Assembly (NCBI GenBank): GCA_019306365.1
Contig: JAFDLS010000001.1
Span: 1-60,029 of the forward strand
Reading direction: 5' to 3'
DNA from: Deltaproteobacteria bacterium
GTDB lineage: Bacteria > Desulfobacterota > Desulfarculia > Adiutricales > JAFDHD01
Length of the DNA: 60,029 nucleotides
A model generated the notes under the pieces. That model saw only the letters and a program-made list of their open reading frames with translations. It had not been told where the DNA came from and ran no database searches. Every line of letters begins with the position of its first letter. The first letter of the stretch is position 1. Positions 1 through 9,100 of the stretch are shown here, one piece after another. The position numbers and the translations under genes were made by a program.

Positions 1-98
1 TCGCAGTCCCTGGCAATCTCCCTGAGCTCGTTCTGAGCAAACCGGCGCATCATGTCCTGAATCTGCTGTTGGTCCTCATCCAATGTAAATTCAGCCAT
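1..98 (-). CDS. acyl-CoA dehydrogenase, N-terminal fragment (gene runs off the window start)
   Basis: The reverse complement has an ATG at 98-96 preceded by GGAGGAAAAATAA. The translation MAEFTLDEDQQQIQDMMRRFAQNELREIARD resembles the usual acyl-CoA dehydrogenase N-terminus. Only 32 codons are visible. Confidence 0.5.
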   Translation of the reverse strand, partial: MAEFTLDEDQQQIQDMMRRFAQNELREIARDC

Positions 99-263
99 TT
101 ATTTTTCCTCCTAATTTCTTGGCCTCTTTCTCCCTGTTTCACAGGGTAGAAAAAATGAGTATAAAACCTTTATTTCCCCGCGCCGAGGATTATGGTTGAT
201 TTTAAGATAGAAGGCAAGAAAAAGATAAATACAGTACGGGCAACAGAATTAGAATTATAAAAT

Positions 264-436
264 GAGACCTCCGCAAAACTTCGTCCTTTAGCCGAACTCA
301 TGAGCGCTGCTTCGCTGACGCTGCAGCAGCATATGTCAGTCTCAAATTTAAGTCCTCGAAATATTAGCAATATTCCTGCGGGTTAAATTTTCGTCTTCCG
401 CGATTTCAACAAAATTACCGGTTTTGCAGAGGTCTC
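264..436 (+). mobile_element. MITE-A copy 1 (173 bp, nonautonomous TIR element)
   Basis: Ends are GAGACCTCCGCAAAAC ... GTTTTGCAGAGGTCTC. It is flanked by direct AAAAT/AAAAT and is near-identical to the copies at 1173, 8839 and 16150. Confidence 0.85.
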
Positions 437-453
437 AAAATATAGAAAGCAGG

Positions 454-481
454 TTGACAAAACAGGCCGCTCGTGAATAAT
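454..481 (+). promoter_or_regulatory. sigma70-like promoter candidate for the FmdB-like gene
   Basis: TTGACA at 454-459, a 16 nt spacer, then AATAAT at 476-481. GGAGGAG lies just before the ATG at 510. Confidence 0.45.
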
Positions 482-509
482 TAGAAGTGGAATTGTAACG
501 GAGGAGATA

Positions 510-752
510 ATGCCGATTTATGAATTTCGCTGTCTCGCATGTGATGAGGTTTTTGAATTTCTTTTCATGTCTGATAAGGACGAAAACGAAATGAAATGCC
601 CCCATTGTCAGGGGGAGGAACTTGAACGAGTCTTAAGCAGAACCAACCACACTATCAGCGGTTCCTCGCAGGAATCACAAGTCAATGTCTCTACTAAAGA
701 TTGCGCCAGCGGCAGTTGCGCGACAATTGAAATCCCCGGGGGCTATGACTGA
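510..752 (+). CDS. FmdB-family zinc-ribbon putative regulatory protein
   Basis: MPIYEFRCLACDEVFE...CPHCQG has the paired CxxC motifs and the typical FmdB N-terminus. An RBS, GGAGGAG, lies upstream. Confidence 0.7.
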   Translation: MPIYEFRCLACDEVFEFLFMSDKDENEMKCPHCQGEELERVLSRTNHTISGSSQESQVNVSTKDCASGSCATIEIPGGYD

Positions 753-945
753 GAGATCCAAAGCCTTGGATATTGAGTTGATTAAAGCTGATCTGCAAGC
801 GATGAAGGAGGAGTGTGATCAGTTAGAGCGGAACTTACCCGCTCACGGCCTCAAGCCTAACCACCTCCAGCGAATTGAAGCTTTAGAAGAACTTATCAAG
901 GAAAAAGAAAAAGAGCTCGCTTGGTTAATTCAGAATGAAAAATGA
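745..945 (+). CDS. small coiled-coil hypothetical protein (66 aa)
   Basis: The ATG at 745 overlaps the FmdB stop (ATGACTGA). The tracked start at 685 would overlap 68 nt of the upstream gene. The sequence is charged and helical with no recognisable family. Confidence 0.4.
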   Translation: MTERSKALDIELIKADLQAMKEECDQLERNLPAHGLKPNHLQRIEALEELIKEKEKELAWLIQNEK

Positions 946-1053
946 AAAATCCTGGTTTCGCAGACCTTTTAGAGCAGCAACCTTTTTCACTCCCTGCCTT
1001 TTGACGTAAACACTATTGAACTTCCTATCTTTCTCTTAATCTAGAGTAATTGC

Positions 1054-1168
1054 CAGATGGCAATTACATGATGTTTTGGCGTTTGTCGTAAGGCGCTTAG
1101 GAGAATGGCCAAAATTATACCTCCTCCTGCCCCAAAGCCAAACGGAACTGGTTTATGACAAACGCTCT
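1054..1168 (-). repeat. repeat family B, copy 1 (about 115 nt)
   Basis: Its reverse complement aligns by eye with 39690-39805 from AGAGCGTTTGT to CATCATGTA.TT.CCAT.TG. It contains the inverted repeat GCGTTTGTC / GACAAACGC. Confidence 0.6.
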
Positions 1169-1172
1169 AACC

Positions 1173-1345
1173 GAGACCTCTGCAAAACCGGTAATTTTGT
1201 TGAAATCGCGGAAGGTGAAAATTTAACCAGCAGGAATATTACTAATATTTCGAGGGCTTAAATTTGAGTCTGACATATGCTGCTGCAGCGTCAGCGAAGC
1301 AGCGCTCATGAGTTCAGCTAAAGGACGAAGTTTTGCAGAGGTCTC
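1173..1345 (-). mobile_element. MITE-A copy 2 (173 bp, inverted orientation)
   Basis: Same 173 bp sequence as copy 1 on the opposite strand, with perfect TIRs and flanking AACC/AACC. Its last two bases form part of the helicase stop codon. Confidence 0.85.
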
Positions 1346-3308
1346 AACCTGGCGTTTTTTCTTCGGATATACCTTTAAAAAATTCAGCGATTTGAGTCTG
1401 ATCATGGGTCATTGGGCTGGGCGGCAGACTGCGCAGGAATTTCTTCCCATAATGCCTGTTCACCATACGGGTGTCGAGAACGGCTAAAAGGCCATGATCC
1501 GTCCTGGATCTGACAAGCCGGCCCAGGCCCTGCTTAAGCGTGATGATTGCCTCGGGTATCTGGTAACTCATAAAAGGATCAAGGCCTTCCTCCCTTAGTT
1601 TTTGCATACGGGCCTTAATCAGAGGCTTATCCGGCGGCGAAAAGGGAAGTTTATCAATAATAACCGCGGACAGACTCTCACCCGGGACATCGACCCCTTG
1701 CCAGAAGCTCTGAGTGGCCAGGAGTACGGAATCTGTGTCCCGGCGGAAACGATCGAGGAGCGCTGATCGAGGCGCCTGTCCCTGAATAAGACAGGGCCAG
1801 TTCAACTGCTTTGGCAATCTTTCGGCCACATAGTTTAGGTTTCGATAAGAGGTAAACAACACAAAAGCGCGGCCCTTGCTCAGATTGAGCAGCTGCCCGA
1901 TCTCGGCGGCAAGAGAATCTAAAAAGCGATTATTTTGAGGCGGAGGCAGATGACGCGGCACATATAGTAAAGATTGCCGGTTATAATCAAAAGGAGAATC
2001 CAGAACACAGCCTTCCACCTCAGGCAAAAGACCCAGCCTTTCCTTAAAATAGCTAAAGGACCGGTCAGTCGCCAGAGTGGCTGAGGTAAAAACCAGAGGC
2101 AGCCCATGGGCGAAAAGCTTTTCCTGAAAAAACAACCCAACTTCGATAGGGGAAGCTCTTAGAAAAACACCGGCCGATCTCCTTTCGGCCCAATAGACAT
2201 AAGCTGAATCCCTTCCCTCCAGGATAAAAGAGAGCTCGGAGCTAATAGTCCTGGCGCGAAAGGCCAGCGTCTCTATCTCCTCTTCATCCTGCTTAACGGC
2301 TTCGAGCCGCGCGGCGATATTGTCCAAAACCGCCAACACTTCAGCCCCAAATTCACGCAGACGATCCATTACCGGATCCTCCTCAATCCAGAGCTCAAAT
2401 TCACCTTCCCGGCCAAAAAAATTTAGGGCAAGCGATTCAGAGTGATGCTCCAGAAAAGTCAGCGCCTTTTTTAAGCCGGGGTTCATTTCTTTAGCCTGTT
2501 TTAAAACACGCTCGGTGTCACGTTTGAATTCGGATAATCGCCAGGAGCTGACACTCAGGCCAAAATATTGAGTCGCTACCTCCTCGAGTTGATGCGCCTC
2601 ATCGAAGATCACGGCTTCATACGAAGGGATAACCTCACCATGTCCCTGGTCCCGGATGGCCAGATCAGCCATGAACAGATGGTGATTTACCACAACCAGA
2701 TCAGCCGCGGCCGCTGTTCGCCTGGCTTTTTGCAAGAAGCAATCCTTGAAATCAGGACATTTACTCCCCAAACACCGGTCACCCGGCGCAGAAAGATCAG
2801 GCCAGGGAAGAAAATCGTCAGGCAGGTCAGTCAATTCCGCCCTGTCACCCACAGTGGTTGTTTCAGCCCACCGCTTCAAGGCGTCAAGGAATACGGCCTC
2901 ACCCGCCAAAAAGAAACTAGGTTCCCGAATGAAATTTTTATAACGATAAAGACAGAGATAATTCTCCCGGCCTTTCAAGCACGCGGCCTTGAAACCGCGT
3001 CCGAGATGACGGCGAATAAACGGGATATCCTTATCGAATATCTGTTCCTGAAGGTTTTTAGTTCCTGTGGAAACGATTGTCTTCCTGCCGCTGAGAAGCG
3101 CTGGGACAAGATAGGCAAGAGTCTTGCCCGTGCCTGTTCCCGCCTCGATTAATACTATATCGTCATGCTCAAAGGCATAGCTCACCTTTTCAGCCATCTC
3201 AATCTGACCGGAACGGTATTCATAATTCGGCCAGGTTCGAGCGAGCGGCCCTTCCGGACCAAGCAGACTTGCGATTTGTGTTGTTTTGCTTGAAGAAGGT
3301 TGTGACAC
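1344..3308 (-). CDS. dinG: DinG/Rad3-family ATP-dependent DNA helicase
   Basis: 654 aa with a GTG start. It has Walker A AGTGTGKT, DEAH-box FDEAHQ and Cys-rich segments typical of XPD/DinG helicases. Confidence 0.8.
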   Translation of the reverse strand: MSQPSSSKTTQIASLLGPEGPLARTWPNYEYRSGQIEMAEKVSYAFEHDDIVLIEAGTGTGKTLAYLVPALLSGRKTIVSTGTKNLQEQIFDKDIPFIRRHLGRGFKAACLKGRENYLCLYRYKNFIREPSFFLAGEAVFLDALKRWAETTTVGDRAELTDLPDDFLPWPDLSAPGDRCLGSKCPDFKDCFLQKARRTAAAADLVVVNHHLFMADLAIRDQGHGEVIPSYEAVIFDEAHQLEEVATQYFGLSVSSWRLSEFKRDTERVLKQAKEMNPGLKKALTFLEHHSESLALNFFGREGEFELWIEEDPVMDRLREFGAEVLAVLDNIAARLEAVKQDEEEIETLAFRARTISSELSFILEGRDSAYVYWAERRSAGVFLRASPIEVGLFFQEKLFAHGLPLVFTSATLATDRSFSYFKERLGLLPEVEGCVLDSPFDYNRQSLLYVPRHLPPPQNNRFLDSLAAEIGQLLNLSKGRAFVLFTSYRNLNYVAERLPKQLNWPCLIQGQAPRSALLDRFRRDTDSVLLATQSFWQGVDVPGESLSAVIIDKLPFSPPDKPLIKARMQKLREEGLDPFMSYQIPEAIITLKQGLGRLVRSRTDHGLLAVLDTRMVNRHYGKKFLRSLPPSPMTHDQTQIAEFFKGISEEKTPG

Positions 3309-3316
3309 TGCTTTGA

Positions 3317-5767
3317 TTAGAGGTCTTTTTCACTCACTTCGGCGCCAGTCACTTCCATCTCAGCGTCATGAGTGACTTCCACTTCCGTGATACCGGTCCC
3401 AACAGTGCCTTCCTTGAAGTAAAGCAGGATCGGGTCTAAAGTTTCGGGCCCGGCCAGGGCGCCTGTGCGGGGGTTGATGTAGGCATAAGTAACCCCCTCG
3501 GGGACAGGGAATTCTTGAACCGGCTTATCTTTGAGAATCTCCTTCATATAATTCAGAAAAATAGGCGCGGCGGCCCTGCCGCCTGTTTCCTTGTCACCCA
3601 TACGCTCCAATTCATCCCTGCCAACCCAAACGCCGGTCAGATAACGCGGGGTGAATCCGATAAACCACGCGTCAGCCAGATCGTTGGTTGTGCCTGTTTT
3701 GCCCGCTACCGGCCGGTTGAGCGATTTGACGGACCTGGCGGTTCCGTTTTTAACCACGTCTTCTAACATGCTCAACATAACGTAAGCGGTTTGCGGGTTT
3801 ATTACAGGTTCAACCTGAGGCTTAAACTCCTCGATGACCCTGCCATGACGATCCTCTATCCGGGTAATGAAAATGGGCTCAACTTTATTGCCCAGCGTGG
3901 GGAAGACAGTATAGGCGGTAACAAGTTCCAGGAGCGACACGCCGGATGAACCCAGGGCTAAAGAAAGGTCCGGAGTAAGGGGTGATGTAATGCCCATTTT
4001 TCTGGCAGTCTCTATCACAGGGGGGAGCCCGATCTTTTGAAGAAGCTTGATTGTAATAACATTGCGTGATTTGATCAACGCCGTGTACAGCATGGTCGGA
4101 CCGTGAAACTTGGTATCATAATTACGCGGTTTCCATCGACGCATATGGAGAAAATCATCATAGACGATCGGCGAATCAATAATGATGGATGACGGCGTAA
4201 AGCCATTATCGAGGGCCGCAGTGTAAATGATTGGCTTGAATGCGGAACCCGGCTGCCGATGCGACTGGATGGCGCGGTTGAATTGAGATTCAGTAAAGTC
4301 CCGGCCTCCAACCACGGCCTTGACCGCACCTGTGTCAATGTCCATACAAATAAGGGCTGATTGTTCCAGCGGCTCCTGTTCCAAAGAAAAAAGCCAACTC
4401 CCGGTTTTAGGATTTCGCTTGAGCGCTTTGACCAGAATTACGCATCCTTTTTGAAAGACTTTATTTAGTCTCCGATTACCCTTCAAGGCCCATTTAAGTT
4501 CGTTGTTTATTACCCAGCCCTCAAACTTCCCCACCTTCACCTTGAGGCTTTTTTTAGAGTTGTTGACCCTAGTAACCACCGCCTCGATTTCACTCCCCTC
4601 GATGAGCGGGTTTTCAACTAAGGCTGAAGTTTGCTTTATCAGAAAATCATCGACCTCTTTCTGAGAAAGTTTTTTCAGAGGACCACGGTATTCATGACGC
4701 TTGGTTAATTCTCGAAGACCGTTATTCATGGCCCGCCAAGCCGCTTCCTGCATCTCGATATTAGCGGTCGTATAAACTTTCAACCCATCGTTATACAGTT
4801 TCTCAGTTCCGTATTTTTTCTCTAAAAAACGGCGAACATGCTCGGTAAAGTAAGCGGTGACGCTCAGATTTACGTTAGGCTGGTCGTAAAAAACAAGCGG
4901 CTCAGCTTTAGCCCGTTCTGCCTCACTCTCAGTGATATAACCGACGTTAACCATTCTGTTGAGCGTGTATAACTGACGCTCCCTGGCCCGCTCAGGATGC
5001 GAGAAAGGTGAGTAACGGCTGGGTGCTTGTGTCAACCCGGCGATAAAGGCCGCCTGGGCCAGGGTAAGCTGATCCGCATGGGTATTGAAGTACGATTGCG
5101 CTGCCGCCTCCACCCCATAAGCGCCGTGACCGAGATAGATCTGATTCAAATAAAGATAGAGAATTTCGTCTTTGGTTAAATTTTTATCAATGCGGTACGC
5201 TAAAATAGCCTCGCGAATCTTGCGCTCGTAGGTCTTTGCCCTGGTGAGCAGAAAAGTCCGCGTAACCTGCTGGGTAATAGTACTCCCCCCCTGGACGATC
5301 CGGCCCGCCAAAATGTTCTTGGTAAAGGCCCGGGCAATACTCATTAAATCAATACCCGGGTGGCTATAGAAATTGGCATCCTCAGCGGCTATAAAGGCCT
5401 GAAGCAAGTGCTTGGGAATTTTTTCCAATGGGACCACAATACGCCGTTCCTGGCTGTATTCGCCAATAACCCGGCCATCATCGGAAAAGAAATAAGTAAC
5501 CGTCTTGGGATGATAGTCTTCCAAGGAGTCAAGGGAAGGCAGATCCTTTGAAAAATATTGATAAGCGAAAAAGAGCGTAAATGTTCCAGCAGCGATAAAA
5601 ATGAGCAGCAGAGAACACATAACTAAAACAAATGTTAAAAGAACACTCCGCCGCCGAGTCGGACGAGTTCTTCCCTTTTTAGATAATGTCTTTTTTTTAT
5701 TTTCTTTTACCAACTTAGACCCCTGGTCCCAAGCTTTCCATAAATTCGTTATCGCGTTGAGAATCAA
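3317..5767 (-). CDS. mrcA: penicillin-binding protein 1A (bifunctional transglycosylase/transpeptidase)
   Basis: 816 aa with an N-terminal TM anchor. Glycosyltransferase motifs EDANFYSHPGID and GGSTITQQ are present, plus transpeptidase motifs SAFKP, SRN and KTGTT. The start is apparently TTG. Confidence 0.9.
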   Translation of the reverse strand: MILNAITNLWKAWDQGSKLVKENKKKTLSKKGRTRPTRRRSVLLTFVLVMCSLLLIFIAAGTFTLFFAYQYFSKDLPSLDSLEDYHPKTVTYFFSDDGRVIGEYSQERRIVVPLEKIPKHLLQAFIAAEDANFYSHPGIDLMSIARAFTKNILAGRIVQGGSTITQQVTRTFLLTRAKTYERKIREAILAYRIDKNLTKDEILYLYLNQIYLGHGAYGVEAAAQSYFNTHADQLTLAQAAFIAGLTQAPSRYSPFSHPERARERQLYTLNRMVNVGYITESEAERAKAEPLVFYDQPNVNLSVTAYFTEHVRRFLEKKYGTEKLYNDGLKVYTTANIEMQEAAWRAMNNGLRELTKRHEYRGPLKKLSQKEVDDFLIKQTSALVENPLIEGSEIEAVVTRVNNSKKSLKVKVGKFEGWVINNELKWALKGNRRLNKVFQKGCVILVKALKRNPKTGSWLFSLEQEPLEQSALICMDIDTGAVKAVVGGRDFTESQFNRAIQSHRQPGSAFKPIIYTAALDNGFTPSSIIIDSPIVYDDFLHMRRWKPRNYDTKFHGPTMLYTALIKSRNVITIKLLQKIGLPPVIETARKMGITSPLTPDLSLALGSSGVSLLELVTAYTVFPTLGNKVEPIFITRIEDRHGRVIEEFKPQVEPVINPQTAYVMLSMLEDVVKNGTARSVKSLNRPVAGKTGTTNDLADAWFIGFTPRYLTGVWVGRDELERMGDKETGGRAAAPIFLNYMKEILKDKPVQEFPVPEGVTYAYINPRTGALAGPETLDPILLYFKEGTVGTGITEVEVTHDAEMEVTGAEVSEKDL

Positions 5768-5983
5768 TCCGCTTAAGAATAAATTCTATATACTGTTAGT
5801 GTAATACGTCAATAGAAAAAAAGAAATGCTATATTGAGGCCTCTGCATTCATGTGAGCTCTGTCTTCAATCCGAGCGGAGGTTTGATAGTCACTCTAACC
5901 GGGAAAGACGGGTTGAGCATTTACAGTTAGGTATTTGGGAATCAATAAAAATCCTTCCCTGATTTTAGAACAAATTTAATACG

Positions 5984-7033
<1,050 letters not shown>

Positions 7034-7088
7034 CTAACGGTTCGATTTCAAGCAAGTTCTAACTTTGGCTTTCTATGAGTCAGGAGAA

Positions 7089-7523
7089 TTAAATCGACGG
7101 GGAGTCAGATAACTCATCAACCCCTGGAAAAGACCTGATCCTTAAAGCAGTCTGCCAACGATGAATTCTGTTCCGTGCCTCATCCAAGGCTTTTCGGACG
7201 ATTTCGATATCCTCAAACGGCTTGATTAAATAATCTACGGCGCCAGATCCCAGGCAGTCCACCACGTAAAAGAGGGAAGAATAACCGGTCATCATGAGAA
7301 TATTAGCTAGCGGGTTGATTTGCTTCAAAACCTTCAACAAATCCAGGCCGCTCATCCCGGGCATCCTTATATCGCATAACACGAGGTTGAAAAGTTCACT
7401 CTTCATCAGTTCAATCGCCTTATGCGGCTCGGATACAGTTACCACCTCATAATCTTCCAAACTCAAAGCTCGCTTCAGCATGTTCAATATTTCTTCTTCA
7501 TCATCCACAACAAGGATCTTCAT
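7089..7523 (-). CDS. single-domain response regulator (CheY-like receiver)
   Basis: 144 aa; MKILVVDDEEEI ... CDIRMPGMSGLDLL ... KPF are typical receiver motifs. Confidence 0.85.
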   Translation of the reverse strand: MKILVVDDEEEILNMLKRALSLEDYEVVTVSEPHKAIELMKSELFNLVLCDIRMPGMSGLDLLKVLKQINPLANILMMTGYSSLFYVVDCLGSGAVDYLIKPFEDIEIVRKALDEARNRIHRWQTALRIRSFPGVDELSDSPSI

Positions 7524-7876
7524 GATCTTACCCCTTTACTATCGAAATTTTCTCGTCTGGCATAATAGATAAGTTAACTGGCTACAATACCTTCATTTTT
7601 CAGTTACTGCCCTCACAAGCGCGGCTAAATCATTTTATCGGGTAACTACTTAAGAATTTAACTAATATTTTGAAAGGCCTCAATAAAAACATTTGCCCCG
7701 GATTTGATCGTCGGAAATCGAGACCTTAAGTTTCCATAGCTGATATTGATTATTATAAGGGTTTAGGCAGACTGCCACACGCGTTTTCCCATGCCTATAA
7801 CGATTACCTGGGTTATTTTTCTTTTAATGAAGGTTGTTTAATGATAATTTCTCAGTAACAAAAGATCAATACACAC

Positions 7877-7904
7877 AAAAAAAAGCCCCGCAGTATCTGC
7901 GGAG
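7877..7904 (-). terminator. rho-independent terminator downstream of the MerR-family gene
   Basis: The minus strand reads CTCCGCAG-ATA-CTGCGGGG, an 8 bp stem including one GU pair, followed by a CTTTTTTTT run. It lies about 40 nt after the stop at 7946. Confidence 0.7.
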
Positions 7905-7945
7905 CGTATTAAAGGACAGTATAGGGATGGAAAGAGCGTAATGGC

Positions 7946-8212
7946 TTATTCAGGTGGGTCTTTTATCAGCCCTAGCTTCATTTTAACGCCAATGGATTTA
8001 TATTTCTCCACCTCAATGAGCTGTTTCAGGTTTTCAACCCTTGAGATGTCGTCCATGGAATACTGGCGACGATTAGTATCGGTGCGTTGAGGTTGAAGAT
8101 ATTCACTGAACTCTTTTTCCCAATACCTAAGGGTTGTCTTTTTTACACCGGTTAGCGTTGACACCTGATCTATATTTAATAATACCCTTTGCATTACCTC
8201 ATTGGTTTTCAT
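7946..8212 (-). CDS. MerR-family helix-turn-helix transcriptional regulator (short)
   Basis: 88 aa. LLNIDQVSTLTGVKKTTLRYWEKEF ... R..N.RRQY matches the MerR HTH signature. Confidence 0.7.
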   Translation of the reverse strand: MKTNEVMQRVLLNIDQVSTLTGVKKTTLRYWEKEFSEYLQPQRTDTNRRQYSMDDISRVENLKQLIEVEKYKSIGVKMKLGLIKDPPE

Positions 8213-8505
8213 GAGTTCTCCCCTGGCTGATCAGTTTCCACATAAACAATACAACAAGCCAACATGCGCTCCTCTAATTGTTTTATCGGCAGCTTTTTAA
8301 AAAAGTTTAATAAAACTTGAACAAAAAAGCAAATATAAATATCATCTTTCAGTTCCTTCAGAACAGAGATACAATGTTTCTTTATCTTATCTATACTCTC
8401 GGCCAAGGCAGATAAAATCTTTAACAATATTTTTAAAGCAGAGTCGATGTTTCCTAAAACTGTATAGCACCCTAATTTTAAAAGCTTCTTACAGGAGGTC
8501 ATGCT

Positions 8506-8778
8506 TTGGATGAATTCTGCCAAAAATGCGGACGGACCCTAAAGCCAGAAGAACTTCAGTATGGAGTCAAAATCGAGTTAACTTCCCTCTTTCATGGCTG
8601 CCTTGAAGAAGTCGATGGCGACATTGATCAGGAAATTGAGCGGCTAATCGAAATTGTCAGCCGGCAGGACCCTGAGGAAGCGGAAAAAGACGTGGCGCAG
8701 ACCATTTATCTGGTTATTTGCCGGTCCTGCCGCAATCAACTGGTCAAGGAGTGGGATATAAAAAGGCGGGTTCACTAG
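8506..8778 (+). CDS. zinc-ribbon hypothetical protein
   Basis: 90 aa with two CxxC pairs (CQKCG, CRSCR). TTG start 7 nt after AGGAGG. No family recognised. Confidence 0.5.
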   Translation: MDEFCQKCGRTLKPEELQYGVKIELTSLFHGCLEEVDGDIDQEIERLIEIVSRQDPEEAEKDVAQTIYLVICRSCRNQLVKEWDIKRRVH

Positions 8779-8838
8779 GGGTGGTTGTTTTACTTGTTGT
8801 TTCTCCCGGCCGTGGTTTATTGAGGGAAATTCAAAGCC

Positions 8839-9011
8839 GAGACCTCTGCTAAACTTCGTCCTTTAGCCGAACTCATGTGCGCCGCTTCGCTGACGTTGCA
8901 GCGGCATATGTCAGTCTCAAATTTAAGTCCTCGAAATATTGACAATATTTCTGCCGGTTAAATTTTCGCCTTCCGCGATTTCAACAAAATTATCGGCTTT
9001 GCAGAGGTCTC
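8839..9011 (+). mobile_element. MITE-A copy 3 (173 bp)
   Basis: TIRs GAGACCTCTGCTAAAC / GCTTTGCAGAGGTCTC, flanked by direct AAGCC/AAGCC. Confidence 0.85.
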
Positions 9012-9100
9012 AAGCCACCAATTAAGCGGCTTTTTACCGCCTTCGACACAGGGGGGTAAACTGGCAGAAACGATTTTTAACAATGTTTTCCAGGAACGGT

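Noticed and set aside
170-370. 66 aa ORF, together with the similar ORFs 1076-1261 and 1223-1405, lying inside or across MITE copies
   Set aside because: They read through the repeat in different frames and orientations in different copies. They have no RBS and no conserved frame, so they are artefacts of the repeat sequence.
685-744. Upstream extension of the small ORF ending at 945
   Set aside because: It would overlap the FmdB-like gene by 68 nt. The ATG at 745 forms a typical ATGA-type coupling with the upstream stop.
2568-3152. 194 aa plus-strand ORF, with many similar long antisense ORFs (for example 12249-12704, 13695-14219, 20567-21235, 33956-34648, 36925-37461, 41489-42304 and 44288-44782)
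   Set aside because: Each lies entirely inside a well-supported gene on the opposite strand and has a low-complexity or Arg/Ser/Pro-rich translation with no motifs. These are shadow ORFs.
5836-5848. GAGGCCTCTGCAT, resembling a solo MITE-A terminus
   Set aside because: Only about 12 nt match and the similarity stops immediately. There is no partner terminus and no core sequence, so the match is too short to call.
7655-7686. GAATTTAACTAATATTTTGAAAGGCCTC, loosely resembling a collapsed MITE core
   Set aside because: The similarity needs a large internal gap and the region is AT-rich. It cannot be distinguished from chance without a genome-wide alignment.
8209-8523. 104 aa minus-strand ORF upstream of the MerR-family gene
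   Set aside because: The region is AT-rich with low-complexity Leu/Lys/Ile content. The ORF overlaps the start and RBS of the plus-strand zinc-ribbon gene and has no clear RBS. It is more likely the divergent promoter region, although a small real gene coupled to merR by ATGA overlap cannot be excluded.
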